Shown piece by piece: positions 30,483 to 39,603 of a DNA stretch of 64,000 nucleotides. The stretch is from an uncultured Methanocellaceae archaeon (GTDB lineage Archaea; Halobacteriota; UBA148): the NCBI GenBank assembly GCA_964482255.1, contig CAYZWV010000001.1, forward strand, positions 3,229 to 67,228. The letters run 5' to 3'. A program made the position numbers and the translations under genes. The notes beneath the pieces are model-generated. The model had not been told where the DNA came from, ran no database searches, and saw only the letters and a program-made list of their open reading frames with translations. Within the stretch, counting starts at the first letter, position 1. Every line of letters begins with the position of its first letter.

Positions 30483-31141
30483 ACATTCTTAAGCTAATCA
30501 AGTTACCGGATTTGGTGACGATCGTGAACGCTTTGCTCGGATTCGTTGCCCTGTTGATGATAGCAAGGGGAGAGATTAGAAGCGCTTCTGTATTAATCTT
30601 GTTTGCGGCACTTGTAGACGGTCTGGATGGAGTTCTCGCAAGAAATATAGAGCAGGGCATTTTTGGCGTAAATCTGGACTCTTTTGCGGATTTTATATCT
30701 TTTGGTATCGTGCCTGCTGTATCCGGTTACATGCTTATCAACGAGATAAACCCATATATTGCATCAGGTTTTACGGCAGCATATCTGACATGCGGAATGT
30801 TGAGATTGGCAAGATTCAACATAAGTTCAAAGAGAAAGGATTTCATTGGGTTGCCTATCACAGGGAGCGGGATCTGTATGGCACTACTCATCACCATCCA
30901 AGCAGATCCATGGATCTTGGCAAGCTCCTATCTCATTCTGTCAGCGCTGATGTTGAGCACAGCTAGCTATCCAAAAATTAAGGATAGAAAAATCCTGATA
31001 TCCATTGGCATTGTGTTCATCTCCAGCATCGTCATATACTCTGTCCAAAACATCCACTTGATCAACCTGATACCTCTTACGATGGTCACATGCTACATAT
31101 TAAGCCCGTTATTGTACAAGGTGAAGTATGCAATCGGATAG
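30479..31141 (+). CDS. CDP-alcohol phosphatidyltransferase (archaetidylserine synthase-like)
   Basis: DGLDGVLARN...GVNLDSFADFISFG matches the D-G-x2-A-R...G-x3-D-x3-D motif. Overlaps the upstream gene stop. Confidence 0.78.
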   Translation: MNILKLIKLPDLVTIVNALLGFVALLMIARGEIRSASVLILFAALVDGLDGVLARNIEQGIFGVNLDSFADFISFGIVPAVSGYMLINEINPYIASGFTAAYLTCGMLRLARFNISSKRKDFIGLPITGSGICMALLITIQADPWILASSYLILSALMLSTASYPKIKDRKILISIGIVFISSIVIYSVQNIHLINLIPLTMVTCYILSPLLYKVKYAIG

Positions 31142-31460
31142 AGAACGTGCGTTATTCGAGCTCGGAATCAAACTGGGGGCGCTTTATCACCAATATACTG
31201 GTGCACCCATCAACATGGAAACGTTGGACAGCTTAGAGCGCGCTATGGAGAAGAGCGCCTCAGCTCAGCCTTATGTGTTAAGCGCAAAGGTCTTAATAGA
31301 CCGCAGCAGGGTCCAAGCTAAGCTGAATAAATTTGGCTATTGCGAATTGGAGGGGAAGATGCTTGACGTTCGCATAGAGGTACAATATGGCTCTGCCAAG
31401 GTCGCAGGAATCATAAGATATGATGAGGAGATCGACTATCCCTTGATGTCTGTGGAGTAG
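31128..31460 (+). CDS. Small conserved archaeal protein, possibly MptD-like (DUF372/COG2098) family
   Basis: FELGIKLGALYHQYTG and C-terminal DYPLM motifs resemble the archaeal dihydroneopterin aldolase MptD family. Assignment is from memory only. Confidence 0.38.
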   Translation: MQSDRERALFELGIKLGALYHQYTGAPINMETLDSLERAMEKSASAQPYVLSAKVLIDRSRVQAKLNKFGYCELEGKMLDVRIEVQYGSAKVAGIIRYDEEIDYPLMSVE

Positions 31461-31479
31461 AGTAGAAGTAGGTTAGGGC

Positions 31480-31842
31480 TCATCTCTTAAAAATCATGTA
31501 TAAAGCTATTAACAGCAATGCAACCCCAAAGACCTTTCGCAGTGTTTCATTTGACAACCCCACAGCTAACTTTGCACCAAACAATCCCCCGATAAAAAAA
31601 CCTAAACAAACAAAAACTGCTATAGTTAGATTTACATAACCATGCTTGTAGTAGGTCCAAGCAGCTAATAAACCAATTGGAGGAATTAGTAAAGCCAATG
31701 TTGTTCCTTGTGCTTGGTGCTGGGTGAGACCCAACAGGTAAATCAATATCGGTACGATAATGACTCCACCACCGATGCCAATTAACCCACTGATAAACCC
31801 TGCAAATAAACCGATTAATAAGTATGAAATGACGTCAATCAT
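31480..31842 (-). CDS. TauE/SafE-family membrane protein (half-size, 4 TM)
   Basis: GFISGLIGIGGGVIIVPIL glycine-rich TM motif of DUF81/TauE. Only 120 aa. Confidence 0.68.
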   Translation of the reverse strand: MIDVISYLLIGLFAGFISGLIGIGGGVIIVPILIYLLGLTQHQAQGTTLALLIPPIGLLAAWTYYKHGYVNLTIAVFVCLGFFIGGLFGAKLAVGLSNETLRKVFGVALLLIALYMIFKR

Positions 31843-32020
31843 ATCTTATCTTCTCCTTGAATGAGGCAATGGCATATAATGATTTGCAGATAAAAGAAGT
31901 TGTTGAAGGCAATCTGGAGAAATCTTTGATTTCCCTCGTATCCACTGTTATCTGCTGTTGTCGCATTTTTTATCTTTCGTTTCACTTTCCCGCTTGCAAA
32001 AATCTTTTCAAGAAATCATT

Positions 32021-32419
32021 CTATTCAGTAGTTACACCATCAAATTCTGCTTCTCTAGCCTCGGCTTCTTCTTTAGTAGCTCTGACAATACCGTCTTTAT
32101 GGTGGGCAGGAGAATATATTGTATACATCTTCAGTTCTTCCTTATCCGACGTGTTAATAATATTGTGTTTCGCCCCGGCAGGCACAACAACGGCGATGCC
32201 GTCACCAACTTCATATTCATTGCCGTCAATGATGCACTTTCCTTGCCCATTTTCAAAGCGGAAGAATTGATCGTTTTCCAAATGAACCTCCATGCCGATG
32301 TCCTCATTGGGTTTTAAACTCATCAGAACCAGTTGGCTGTGTTTTGAGGTGTATAACACCTTGCGGAAATTTTCGTTTTTTAATGTGTCTTTTTCGATGT
32401 CTGTGGTAAATCCTTTCAT
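32021..32419 (-). CDS. Cupin-domain protein
   Basis: Cupin motifs G(x)5HxH...E and G...H (MEVHLENDQFF...GIAVVVPAGAKHNIIN). Confidence 0.62.
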   Translation of the reverse strand: MKGFTTDIEKDTLKNENFRKVLYTSKHSQLVLMSLKPNEDIGMEVHLENDQFFRFENGQGKCIIDGNEYEVGDGIAVVVPAGAKHNIINTSDKEELKMYTIYSPAHHKDGIVRATKEEAEAREAEFDGVTTE

Positions 32420-32656
32420 GGATTTAAATTTGGTTAATACGTATTTAAATGTCTTTTGAGTTGGCTTGATTATATCAAAAATTTTGTTTTGCCATCTTAT
32501 TCTTAAAGCTTAGCGGGAAAACTACCTAAAAAGTAAAGAATGCATGTCGCCTAACCTATGCGATTAAAAGAAGTTTGAGAAGTGCAAGCGAAAGGGGTAG
32601 ATATTCGTTAGTAAAAGACCAATTCGCTTTAACTGAGCACATAGTACTTTTTATCT

Positions 32657-32839
32657 CTAAGGTTTTTCACTCGTGATTGAAATGGATTCTTGGTCGCTCT
32701 GGAATTGAATGTTCACATTAGCAGGATATTCCACTTCTAAAACGGTGGTACCTGTTCCAATGTTAGTAGTCCCCGATATCACGGATGTTTCAATAGTTAT
32801 TTCACCTAATATTATCGCACAAGCCTTTCCATGTAGCAT
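32657..32839 (-). CDS. Candidate 60-aa small protein translationally coupled to upstream protease gene (MLHGKACAIILGEITIETSVISGTTNIGTGTTVLEVEYPANVNIQFQSDQESISITSEKP)
   Basis: Its ATG lies 1 nt after the protease stop and is preceded by AAAAGGGGGATAAATAAT (strong SD). Composition is Gly/Thr/Ile-rich. No homolog recognised. Confidence 0.4.
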   Translation of the reverse strand: MLHGKACAIILGEITIETSVISGTTNIGTGTTVLEVEYPANVNIQFQSDQESISITSEKP

Positions 32840-32840
32840 A

Positions 32841-34022
32841 TTATTTATCCCCCTTTTGTTGCGTAATGTTGGTTTCACTTTTCCAGAGCATATGTAATGC
32901 AACGTTTATGTTTCTTTTTCCAGTTGGCTCGATATTTCCTGTTATTTTCGCCTCTACATAATGGGCATCACATCTTCCTGTTGTCTCTATAAATGCTGAT
33001 GGAAAAGATACATCAATGGGAGTGGTTAGCTGAACCTGAGGGACAATTTGTGATACAATCTGTTGGATAACTTTTTGTTGCACGTCTGGTGCAGCACCCG
33101 AAAGCTCCTGAGGAATTTTGAACTGAACCTTATCAGGAAGTTTAAATTGCGTTCTATCCTTTATATTATCATCAAATATTTTCTCTGGTGTGAATGGTTT
33201 CATCATCTCAGATTCCTTTTCATAATTCTCGTATAACATCCACATATTAGTTTCCATTTCTTCTGATGGAAATTCTATATTGAGTTCCAGAGACTTCGCT
33301 TCTTGACGACCGATGAAATAATCATGAGCATATAATTTCTCAGTAAGTTGTTCAATAATCCGATTCATTTTTTCTGGTTCTGGACGATTATTTTTATTTT
33401 GTTGTTCAACTAATCGTTTAGCAAGTATCCTGATAAGTTGAATCTTTCTGTAAACGTTCCCAAGAGCTAACGGGTGGATTCGGTCAGATAACGCAAGGAA
33501 AACCTGAAGTTTATTGTCTTCACCGCAAATCCCATATTTATCTTCGGACAGATTTAAATAAGCAGTGACATCTTCTACACTTATTGGGATTTTGTTTGGT
33601 TTGTTGTTCTCATCTTCAGGATTAAACGGGTTTGCGGTTGTAGGATCAATAGGAGATAACTCTCCCATTTTTCCGATAATTATCTTGTCTGCACCTAAAG
33701 ATATGAGTGTACCAGCACTATGTGCCCTATATGGCACCATTACCTCAAAATTATTACAATGTTCCCTTATAACTTGAACCAATCTTAATGGGACGTTTGT
33801 ATCACCACCTTGTGTATACAAGAATAAGGTGACCTTTTCAAATTGGTTCCCTCTCAAATGTTCATATAAATATCTAACTTGCTCTATGCTCAGCTTAGCA
33901 CTTGCAAGTGGCCCTGATCTTGATGAATGAAACAGCACAATAACCTTCGAGTTAGTCAGTCTCTCAAGTTGTTCTATCAGTTGAATACGTTCTTGTCGAG
34001 TCATCTTATCGCCTTGTATCAT
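32841..34022 (-). CDS. SDH-family (PF01972-like) ClpP/crotonase-fold serine protease with Q-rich C-terminal extension
   Basis: VIVLFHSS...GGDT...YRAHSAGTLISLGADKIIIG matches the serine dehydrogenase proteinase family. The C-terminal ~150 aa are low-complexity and Q-rich. Confidence 0.62.
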   Translation of the reverse strand: MIQGDKMTRQERIQLIEQLERLTNSKVIVLFHSSRSGPLASAKLSIEQVRYLYEHLRGNQFEKVTLFLYTQGGDTNVPLRLVQVIREHCNNFEVMVPYRAHSAGTLISLGADKIIIGKMGELSPIDPTTANPFNPEDENNKPNKIPISVEDVTAYLNLSEDKYGICGEDNKLQVFLALSDRIHPLALGNVYRKIQLIRILAKRLVEQQNKNNRPEPEKMNRIIEQLTEKLYAHDYFIGRQEAKSLELNIEFPSEEMETNMWMLYENYEKESEMMKPFTPEKIFDDNIKDRTQFKLPDKVQFKIPQELSGAAPDVQQKVIQQIVSQIVPQVQLTTPIDVSFPSAFIETTGRCDAHYVEAKITGNIEPTGKRNINVALHMLWKSETNITQQKGDK

Positions 34023-34121
34023 ATATGTGTAAACATATATATTTCAGACGGCTATACATAACATTTTTACCACTATAATCTTTTATAATCTTTTTGATTA
34101 TTATTTCATATAACTACCCAT

Positions 34122-34141
34122 ATCCGAACTCAAGTTCGGAT
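34122..34141. promoter_or_regulatory. Perfect palindrome ATCCGAACT-CA-AGTTCGGAT in intergenic region
   Basis: 9-nt inverted repeat with 2-nt spacer. Lies between the 3' end of the LOR/SDH gene and the promoter region of the protease operon. Confidence 0.3.
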
Positions 34142-34171
34142 ACCTTCTCCTCTTGAATTCTATAAATAACC

Positions 34172-35395
34172 TCACATACTCTCTAAACTAGCCAACTCTT
34201 CGACTAGCATTGGCAGGAAGGTTCCCACATCTGTCACGATCCCCATTGCCTGCGCCGTTCCTCTATCCATGATCTTCGTCACGGTGGCAGGGTTGATATC
34301 GATGAAAATGGTCTTCACATAGGATGGGAGGCGGTTACCGATCGCTATGGAGTGCAGCATGGTAGCCATCATCAGCACCAGGTCCACATCTTTTACCGCA
34401 GCCCTCATCTTGTCCTGTGCCACCATCGCATCCGTTATAACATCTGGCAGCGGTCCATCATCTCGAATGGAGCCGGCGAGTACGAATGGCGTATCATTTT
34501 TAATGCACTCATACATGATTCCGCTGGTGATTATACCCTGCTCTACTGCAGCCCTTATGGAGCCCGCCCGCATGACCTCGCTGATCGCGTAGATGTGATG
34601 TTTGTGCCCACCTGGGACAGGCTCCGCTTTCTCTATGTCCATTCCTAGGGAAGTACCATACAAATTATGCTCGATATCATGAACGGCTAATGCATTTCCA
34701 GCCAACAAGACGTTCACGTATCCTTTCTTGACCATCTCTGCAAGTGCACCCGATGCTCCAGTGTGGACTATTGCAGGTCCACACACCACCGCTATCTTAC
34801 CATCTTTCTTTTTTACGTCAATTATTTCTTCGGCAATCTGGCGAATCAGCGTCTCTGAGGGTCTCTCAGACGAGGTAGCATTGCCCATGAATTCAAAAAC
34901 AGATCTCTCCCTTGGTCTCTCGGGAGGGGTCACGCGTACACCCCTTTGCCCAATCACGATTGAATCTCCCTTACGAACATGGGAAAGTGGTTTGCATATT
35001 GCCCTATTTTTATCTATGGTGATCAGACAATCCATCCCTATGGCTTCGACGGATAACCATTTGCCATTATGCCTGACATAGGTTGGATGATTAGTGGTGG
35101 AGTAAAAGCCCTTTGGGATTACTTTGTCAGCTGGTGCTTTTTCCAATAGGGCATCTTCCATTTCTGGCAAGCGTGCACCCAGTCTATGTAACTCGCTCAG
35201 GATTCTATCCACATGTGCATCATCCTCGCCAGTAACCATTAGGCGAGCATAGCTATGCTCTTTCTTATGTTTCCCGATTCTGAAATCCAAGATCTCAAAC
35301 TCGCCGTCCATGTCCATTATCTTATCGAATACCTTTGTCAGGACCATCGAATCAATAATATGCCCCTCCAGCTCGATTTCTCGCATCGCTCCCAT
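34172..35395 (-). CDS. LOR/SDH-domain protein (TIGR00300 family; ornithine cyclodeaminase-like)
   Basis: 407 aa. Conserved archaeal family with Rossmann segment [22 protein letters not shown]. Embedded in the arginine/ornithine gene cluster. Confidence 0.68.
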   Translation of the reverse strand: MGAMREIELEGHIIDSMVLTKVFDKIMDMDGEFEILDFRIGKHKKEHSYARLMVTGEDDAHVDRILSELHRLGARLPEMEDALLEKAPADKVIPKGFYSTTNHPTYVRHNGKWLSVEAIGMDCLITIDKNRAICKPLSHVRKGDSIVIGQRGVRVTPPERPRERSVFEFMGNATSSERPSETLIRQIAEEIIDVKKKDGKIAVVCGPAIVHTGASGALAEMVKKGYVNVLLAGNALAVHDIEHNLYGTSLGMDIEKAEPVPGGHKHHIYAISEVMRAGSIRAAVEQGIITSGIMYECIKNDTPFVLAGSIRDDGPLPDVITDAMVAQDKMRAAVKDVDLVLMMATMLHSIAIGNRLPSYVKTIFIDINPATVTKIMDRGTAQAMGIVTDVGTFLPMLVEELASLESM

Positions 35396-35401
35396 GGTTT
35401 C

Positions 35402-36280
35402 TCACCTATAGATCATAGTTCCTATTCCTTTATCAGTGAAAAGTTCAAGCAAAAGTGCATGAGGTAAATTTCCACCAAGTATGTGTGCCTTCTCGACAGA
35501 GCCCTCAATTGCTTTTACGCATGCCTCTATCTTAGGGATCATTCCTTCTTGGATGGTTTTGCTAGAAATCAGCTTCTTGGCATCATCTAACGAGATTTGT
35601 GATATGATGGATTTTGGATCTGAAGGGTCCTGTAGAATGCCGGGCACATCCGTCAGCATGATCAGCTTCTTGGATTTGATTGATGACGCTATGTCGCCAG
35701 CAACACTGTCTGCATTTATATTTAGGCTGTTTCCATCAATATCCACCGCTATGGGTGATATCACGGGTATATAACCTTTCTCGACCGCCAACATAAGTAT
35801 TTCTGGATTTATGCTCTCGGTTTCACCCACCCATCCAAGGTCCACCTCTTTTTCAATACCCTCTATGAGGACTTTTTGTGGTGATTTTTTCCTTGCAACG
35901 ATTAAGCGTCCATCTTTTCCAGATAATCCTATTCCTTTAGCGCCATGCTTGCCGATCAATGAGACGATGCGTGTGTTCACCTTCCCAACCAGCACCATTT
36001 GAGCGATATCTAAGGTCTCCTCATCCGTTATTCTGAGCCCAGCTATGAACTCTGGCTTCTTCCCCATTTTCTCCGTATTTCTGGTTATCTCTGGACCTCC
36101 GCCATGCACTACTATGGGGCGCACCCCAACGTAGCGTAGAAGCACCAAATCTCTGACTATATCCTCCATGACCGTTTGATCTAGCATCGCGTGTCCACCG
36201 ATCTTGATCACCGTGGTGGAGTCCTGCAATTCCCTGATGTAAGGAAGAGCCTCAATTAAGACATTCTCCCTTTTTAACAT
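35402..36280 (-). CDS. argB: Acetylglutamate kinase ArgB
   Basis: VIKIGGHAM...VVHGGGP amino-acid kinase motifs, 292 aa. Confidence 0.9.
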   Translation of the reverse strand: MLKRENVLIEALPYIRELQDSTTVIKIGGHAMLDQTVMEDIVRDLVLLRYVGVRPIVVHGGGPEITRNTEKMGKKPEFIAGLRITDEETLDIAQMVLVGKVNTRIVSLIGKHGAKGIGLSGKDGRLIVARKKSPQKVLIEGIEKEVDLGWVGETESINPEILMLAVEKGYIPVISPIAVDIDGNSLNINADSVAGDIASSIKSKKLIMLTDVPGILQDPSDPKSIISQISLDDAKKLISSKTIQEGMIPKIEACVKAIEGSVEKAHILGGNLPHALLLELFTDKGIGTMIYR

Positions 36281-36443
36281 ATGCTCACCTATTATGCCTT
36301 GAACTTAAAAACCCTTTTATCGATGAGTTATGGATGAAAACACCTTAAATAACCCATAAATCTATATACCATGAGGCTGAATGCCTCTTAACCAAGAGGG
36401 AGTTTACTTCCGACGGGTTATAAAAAAAGGAGAAAAAAATAAA

Positions 36444-36620
36444 ATGAGTGGTAGAGGTAGAGATTTCGGCCCTAGGAGATTCGACAGAGCACCACGAGAG
36501 ATGCACACTGTAACATGTGCAGATTGTGGTACTGAAACCGAAGTTCCTTTCAAGCCGGATGGTACAAGACCTGTATATTGCAGGGAGTGCTACCAAAAAC
36601 ATAGACCAAAGCGATATTAA
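36444..36620 (+). CDS. Small basic zinc-ribbon protein (zf-trcl-like CxxCG...VPFKP...RPVYCxxC)
   Basis: 58 aa from an ATG preceded by ggagaaaaaaataaa. CADCGTETEVPFKPDGTRPVYCRECY. Arg-rich N-terminus. Confidence 0.55.
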   Translation: MSGRGRDFGPRRFDRAPREMHTVTCADCGTETEVPFKPDGTRPVYCRECYQKHRPKRY

Positions 36621-36886
36621 AATCGATGTTAATATAGTAATTATGTCAGTATATGCTTAGTTTTTGTTTATTTCTTAACTAGTATATCTGTTATAATAAA
36701 TGTTAAAATCGGGTTCGCATAGTAAAGAAGAGCGTTCAAATACTAAAGAATAGTCATAGATAGCATCGTGTTCAACTAAAACTAAATAAAGAGATTTCCG
36801 CTCGTTTCTATTTTTTTTACATGCTGATAGATAATATCAAAAATATTTCTACTTAGGGGTATGATCGTTGCTCTTTTGATAATAAT

Positions 36887-38044
36887 TCACGTTATATACT
36901 CCGAATTGATCTTGACATAATCATAGGTTAGGTCACAGCCCCATGCGGTTGCTTCGTACTTTCCAAGTCCCAGATCCACTGTGATGATAAGCTCGTCACA
37001 AGCCATGACCTCTTTTGCCTTCTTGCCGCTATAAATGATATCTCCTTCCTTGACCAATGTCAAGGTTTTAGATCCATCCGAGAATTCTAGAGTGATTTTA
37101 TCCTCTTTAATCTCAGCACCAGATCGCCCTATGGCAGCTACGATGCGACCCCAGTTGGGGTCCTCGCCAAAGACAGCGGCCTTCACTAATGTAGATCTCA
37201 CAACTGCCTTTGCAGCTTTTTTTGAATCTTCTTTTGACCTTGCGCCTCTAATGCAAACTTCGATGAATTTGGTTGAACCTTCACCATCTCTTGCCATCAT
37301 CTTTGCCAGTTGAATGCATACAAAATCCAAGCCTTCCTGAAATATTTCCTCAGATATCTCCTTGTCTCCGGTTGCGGTCAGAAGAACCATGTCATTCGTA
37401 CTAGTGTCGCCATCAACAACGAGCATGTTAAAGCTCTTATCTACTGACTTTCTTAGACATTTTTGAAGCGATTCTGTTGGCAGCTCCGCATCTGTGTAGA
37501 TGAACGAAAGCATTGTAGCCATGTTCGGCTCGATCATGCCTGACCCCTTTGCGATCCCTCCTATGCAGACACCTTCGATCTCAACCGCAATTTGTTTGAG
37601 TATCTTGTCGGTTGTCATGATTGCCCTTGTCGCAGCCTCACTTCCTATAGGATCTGAGGTCAACCCTTCTATTACATTTTCAACATGGTCCTCAATCCAA
37701 CCCATATTGACGGGGCGCCCGATAATGCCTGTGGAAGCGACTCCTACGGATTCAGGATCAATGCCCAATGCACTGGCAACCAACAAGGCCATCTTTTCTG
37801 CATCTTTGATACCTTTATCTCCAGTAAAAGCATTGGCGCTCCCACTATATGCGACAACAGCATTCATGATGCTAGGCAAGCGCCTACTTGTAACGACAAC
37901 TGGTGCGGCCCTTATTTTGTTTAGGGTAAACACACCTACGGTTTCACCTCTTCCGGTTATAACTGCAAGACCTTGTGAACCCTCTTTTGTGCCATACCCC
38001 TTAATGGCAGGTACTGCACATACTCCTCCGCTTAGAAGCTTCAT
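36887..38044 (-). CDS. argJ: Bifunctional ornithine acetyltransferase / N-acetylglutamate synthase ArgJ
   Basis: ATMLSF autoprocessing motif (NMATMLSFIYTD) and ArgJ fold. Confidence 0.9.
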   Translation of the reverse strand: MKLLSGGVCAVPAIKGYGTKEGSQGLAVITGRGETVGVFTLNKIRAAPVVVTSRRLPSIMNAVVAYSGSANAFTGDKGIKDAEKMALLVASALGIDPESVGVASTGIIGRPVNMGWIEDHVENVIEGLTSDPIGSEAATRAIMTTDKILKQIAVEIEGVCIGGIAKGSGMIEPNMATMLSFIYTDAELPTESLQKCLRKSVDKSFNMLVVDGDTSTNDMVLLTATGDKEISEEIFQEGLDFVCIQLAKMMARDGEGSTKFIEVCIRGARSKEDSKKAAKAVVRSTLVKAAVFGEDPNWGRIVAAIGRSGAEIKEDKITLEFSDGSKTLTLVKEGDIIYSGKKAKEVMACDELIITVDLGLGKYEATAWGCDLTYDYVKINSEYIT

Positions 38045-38520
38045 TTTTTGCCACCGAGTCCTGCTATTATATCTCCCCTCGTGACGATTCCGACCAATTT
38101 GCTACCATCAATGACCGGAAGCCTATTGATATCTTGCGTGGTCATCATCTCAGCTGCTTTCTCAATGCCGTCTTCGGTTGAGATCGTGTACACCCGTTTT
38201 GTCATGACATCTATTACTGGCATATTGCCTATGTTTTCTAGTGCTTTTTTCGTCTCAACCCATCCCACTAATTCACGCATGGGTACCTCGATAAGCTCCA
38301 ATGGACTTGGCAGCCAAAGTTCTTTGGAATATTTTGGGGTTCTTAGAATTCGAAGGATATCGCCTTCGGTGATTATGCCCACCAATTTGCTGCCATCCAT
38401 TACAGGCATGCCGCTTATGTTGTTCTTCCTCATTTTTTTTGCGGCAACGCTGATAGAGTCAGTGATGGTGCACACCACTACTTTTTTTTTCATAATATCT
38501 TTAACTTTCATGATCCTCAT
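38041..38520 (-). CDS. CBS domain pair protein
   Basis: Two CBS motifs (PVMDGSKLVGIITEGDILR; PVIDGSKLVGIVTRGDI). Overlaps argJ and argC ends, so lies in their operon. Confidence 0.75.
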   Translation of the reverse strand: MRIMKVKDIMKKKVVVCTITDSISVAAKKMRKNNISGMPVMDGSKLVGIITEGDILRILRTPKYSKELWLPSPLELIEVPMRELVGWVETKKALENIGNMPVIDVMTKRVYTISTEDGIEKAAEMMTTQDINRLPVIDGSKLVGIVTRGDIIAGLGGKK

Positions 38521-39524
38521 GGTGCCATCCCAGGCACCCATAATCCCCTTCTCTCGTCCAGACCAAACATAAGATTCATATTCTGTATCGCTTGTCCAGA
38601 TGCACCTTTCACCAGATTATCTATTGCAGAGATCGCCACTACTCTGCCATCCTCTGTATCAAAGCAACCGATATCACAGAAATTGGAGCCTCGAACTACA
38701 CTTAGCGACGGCATAGTCTCCAGAACCCTTATGAATGGCTCACAAGAATACATCTCCTTATAGAAACCTGCTACGTCCTCGCTCGTAATCATATCTCTCA
38801 CAAATATATGTGCTGTAGTTAAAATTCCCCGAACAGAAGGAATTATGTGTGGTGTAAAGTCGATTTTGCATGTACCTAAAAGTGTCAGTTCTTGCCTTAT
38901 TTCTGGCAGATGTCTATGCTTGGTTGTATTATAGGGCACCACATTTTCTGCTATATTTGGATAATGTGTAACTTCTGAGGGCGCCATACCAGCGCCAGAG
39001 ATGCCCGTTTTTGAATCGAATACAATTCGTTCTGCTTTGGCCGCCTTTACCAATGGGGCAGCTGCCAATATCGCTCCAGTGGAAAAGCATCCGGGATTTG
39101 CTACTAGGTTTGATCTTTTGATCTCTGCTCTGTGAAGCTCTGGCAAGCCATATGTTGCCCTTCTAGTCCGATCGGTGTGAGTTGTCATATATGTAGACTC
39201 ATATATCTCAGGAGACAATCTGTAATCAGCACTTAGGTCGACAACTTTGACATTTTGTGCTAGCAAGTCAGGGACGTAGCCCATTGCAGCCTTGTGTGGT
39301 ACTGCCGTGAAAACGATGTCAGAGCGTTTCGCAACTTCGCTTGTAGAAGACTCCTCAAAAGATAAATCTGATATCTCCGAAAGATGTGGGTGTACCGCAG
39401 AAATGGGCTTGCCATTGAAGCGTCGTGATGTCACTACTACTATTTCAGCATCAGGGTGATTTACCAAGAGACGAATCAATTCACCGCCAGTATAACCTGC
39501 TCCACCTATAATCCCAACTTTCAT
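38517..39524 (-). CDS. argC: N-acetyl-gamma-glutamyl-phosphate reductase ArgC
   Basis: MKVGIIGGAGYTGGELIRLL and catalytic Cys region GCFSTG. Confidence 0.9.
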   Translation of the reverse strand: MKVGIIGGAGYTGGELIRLLVNHPDAEIVVVTSRRFNGKPISAVHPHLSEISDLSFEESSTSEVAKRSDIVFTAVPHKAAMGYVPDLLAQNVKVVDLSADYRLSPEIYESTYMTTHTDRTRRATYGLPELHRAEIKRSNLVANPGCFSTGAILAAAPLVKAAKAERIVFDSKTGISGAGMAPSEVTHYPNIAENVVPYNTTKHRHLPEIRQELTLLGTCKIDFTPHIIPSVRGILTTAHIFVRDMITSEDVAGFYKEMYSCEPFIRVLETMPSLSVVRGSNFCDIGCFDTEDGRVVAISAIDNLVKGASGQAIQNMNLMFGLDERRGLWVPGMAP

Positions 39525-39603
39525 GTGTATCACTTATACCAACGATATAAAAGATGTTTCGTTGTAGCAAAATTTTATTGTTCAATCCGAACAAGCTATT
39601 GCA

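Noticed and set aside
31857-32317. Plus-strand ORFs of 137 and 119 aa
   Set aside because: Antisense to the cupin gene and its upstream region. Cys/Phe/Ser-rich low-complexity translations.
37500-38572. Plus-strand ORFs of 194 and 174 aa
   Set aside because: Antisense to argJ and the CBS gene, which have clear family signatures. Low-complexity translations.
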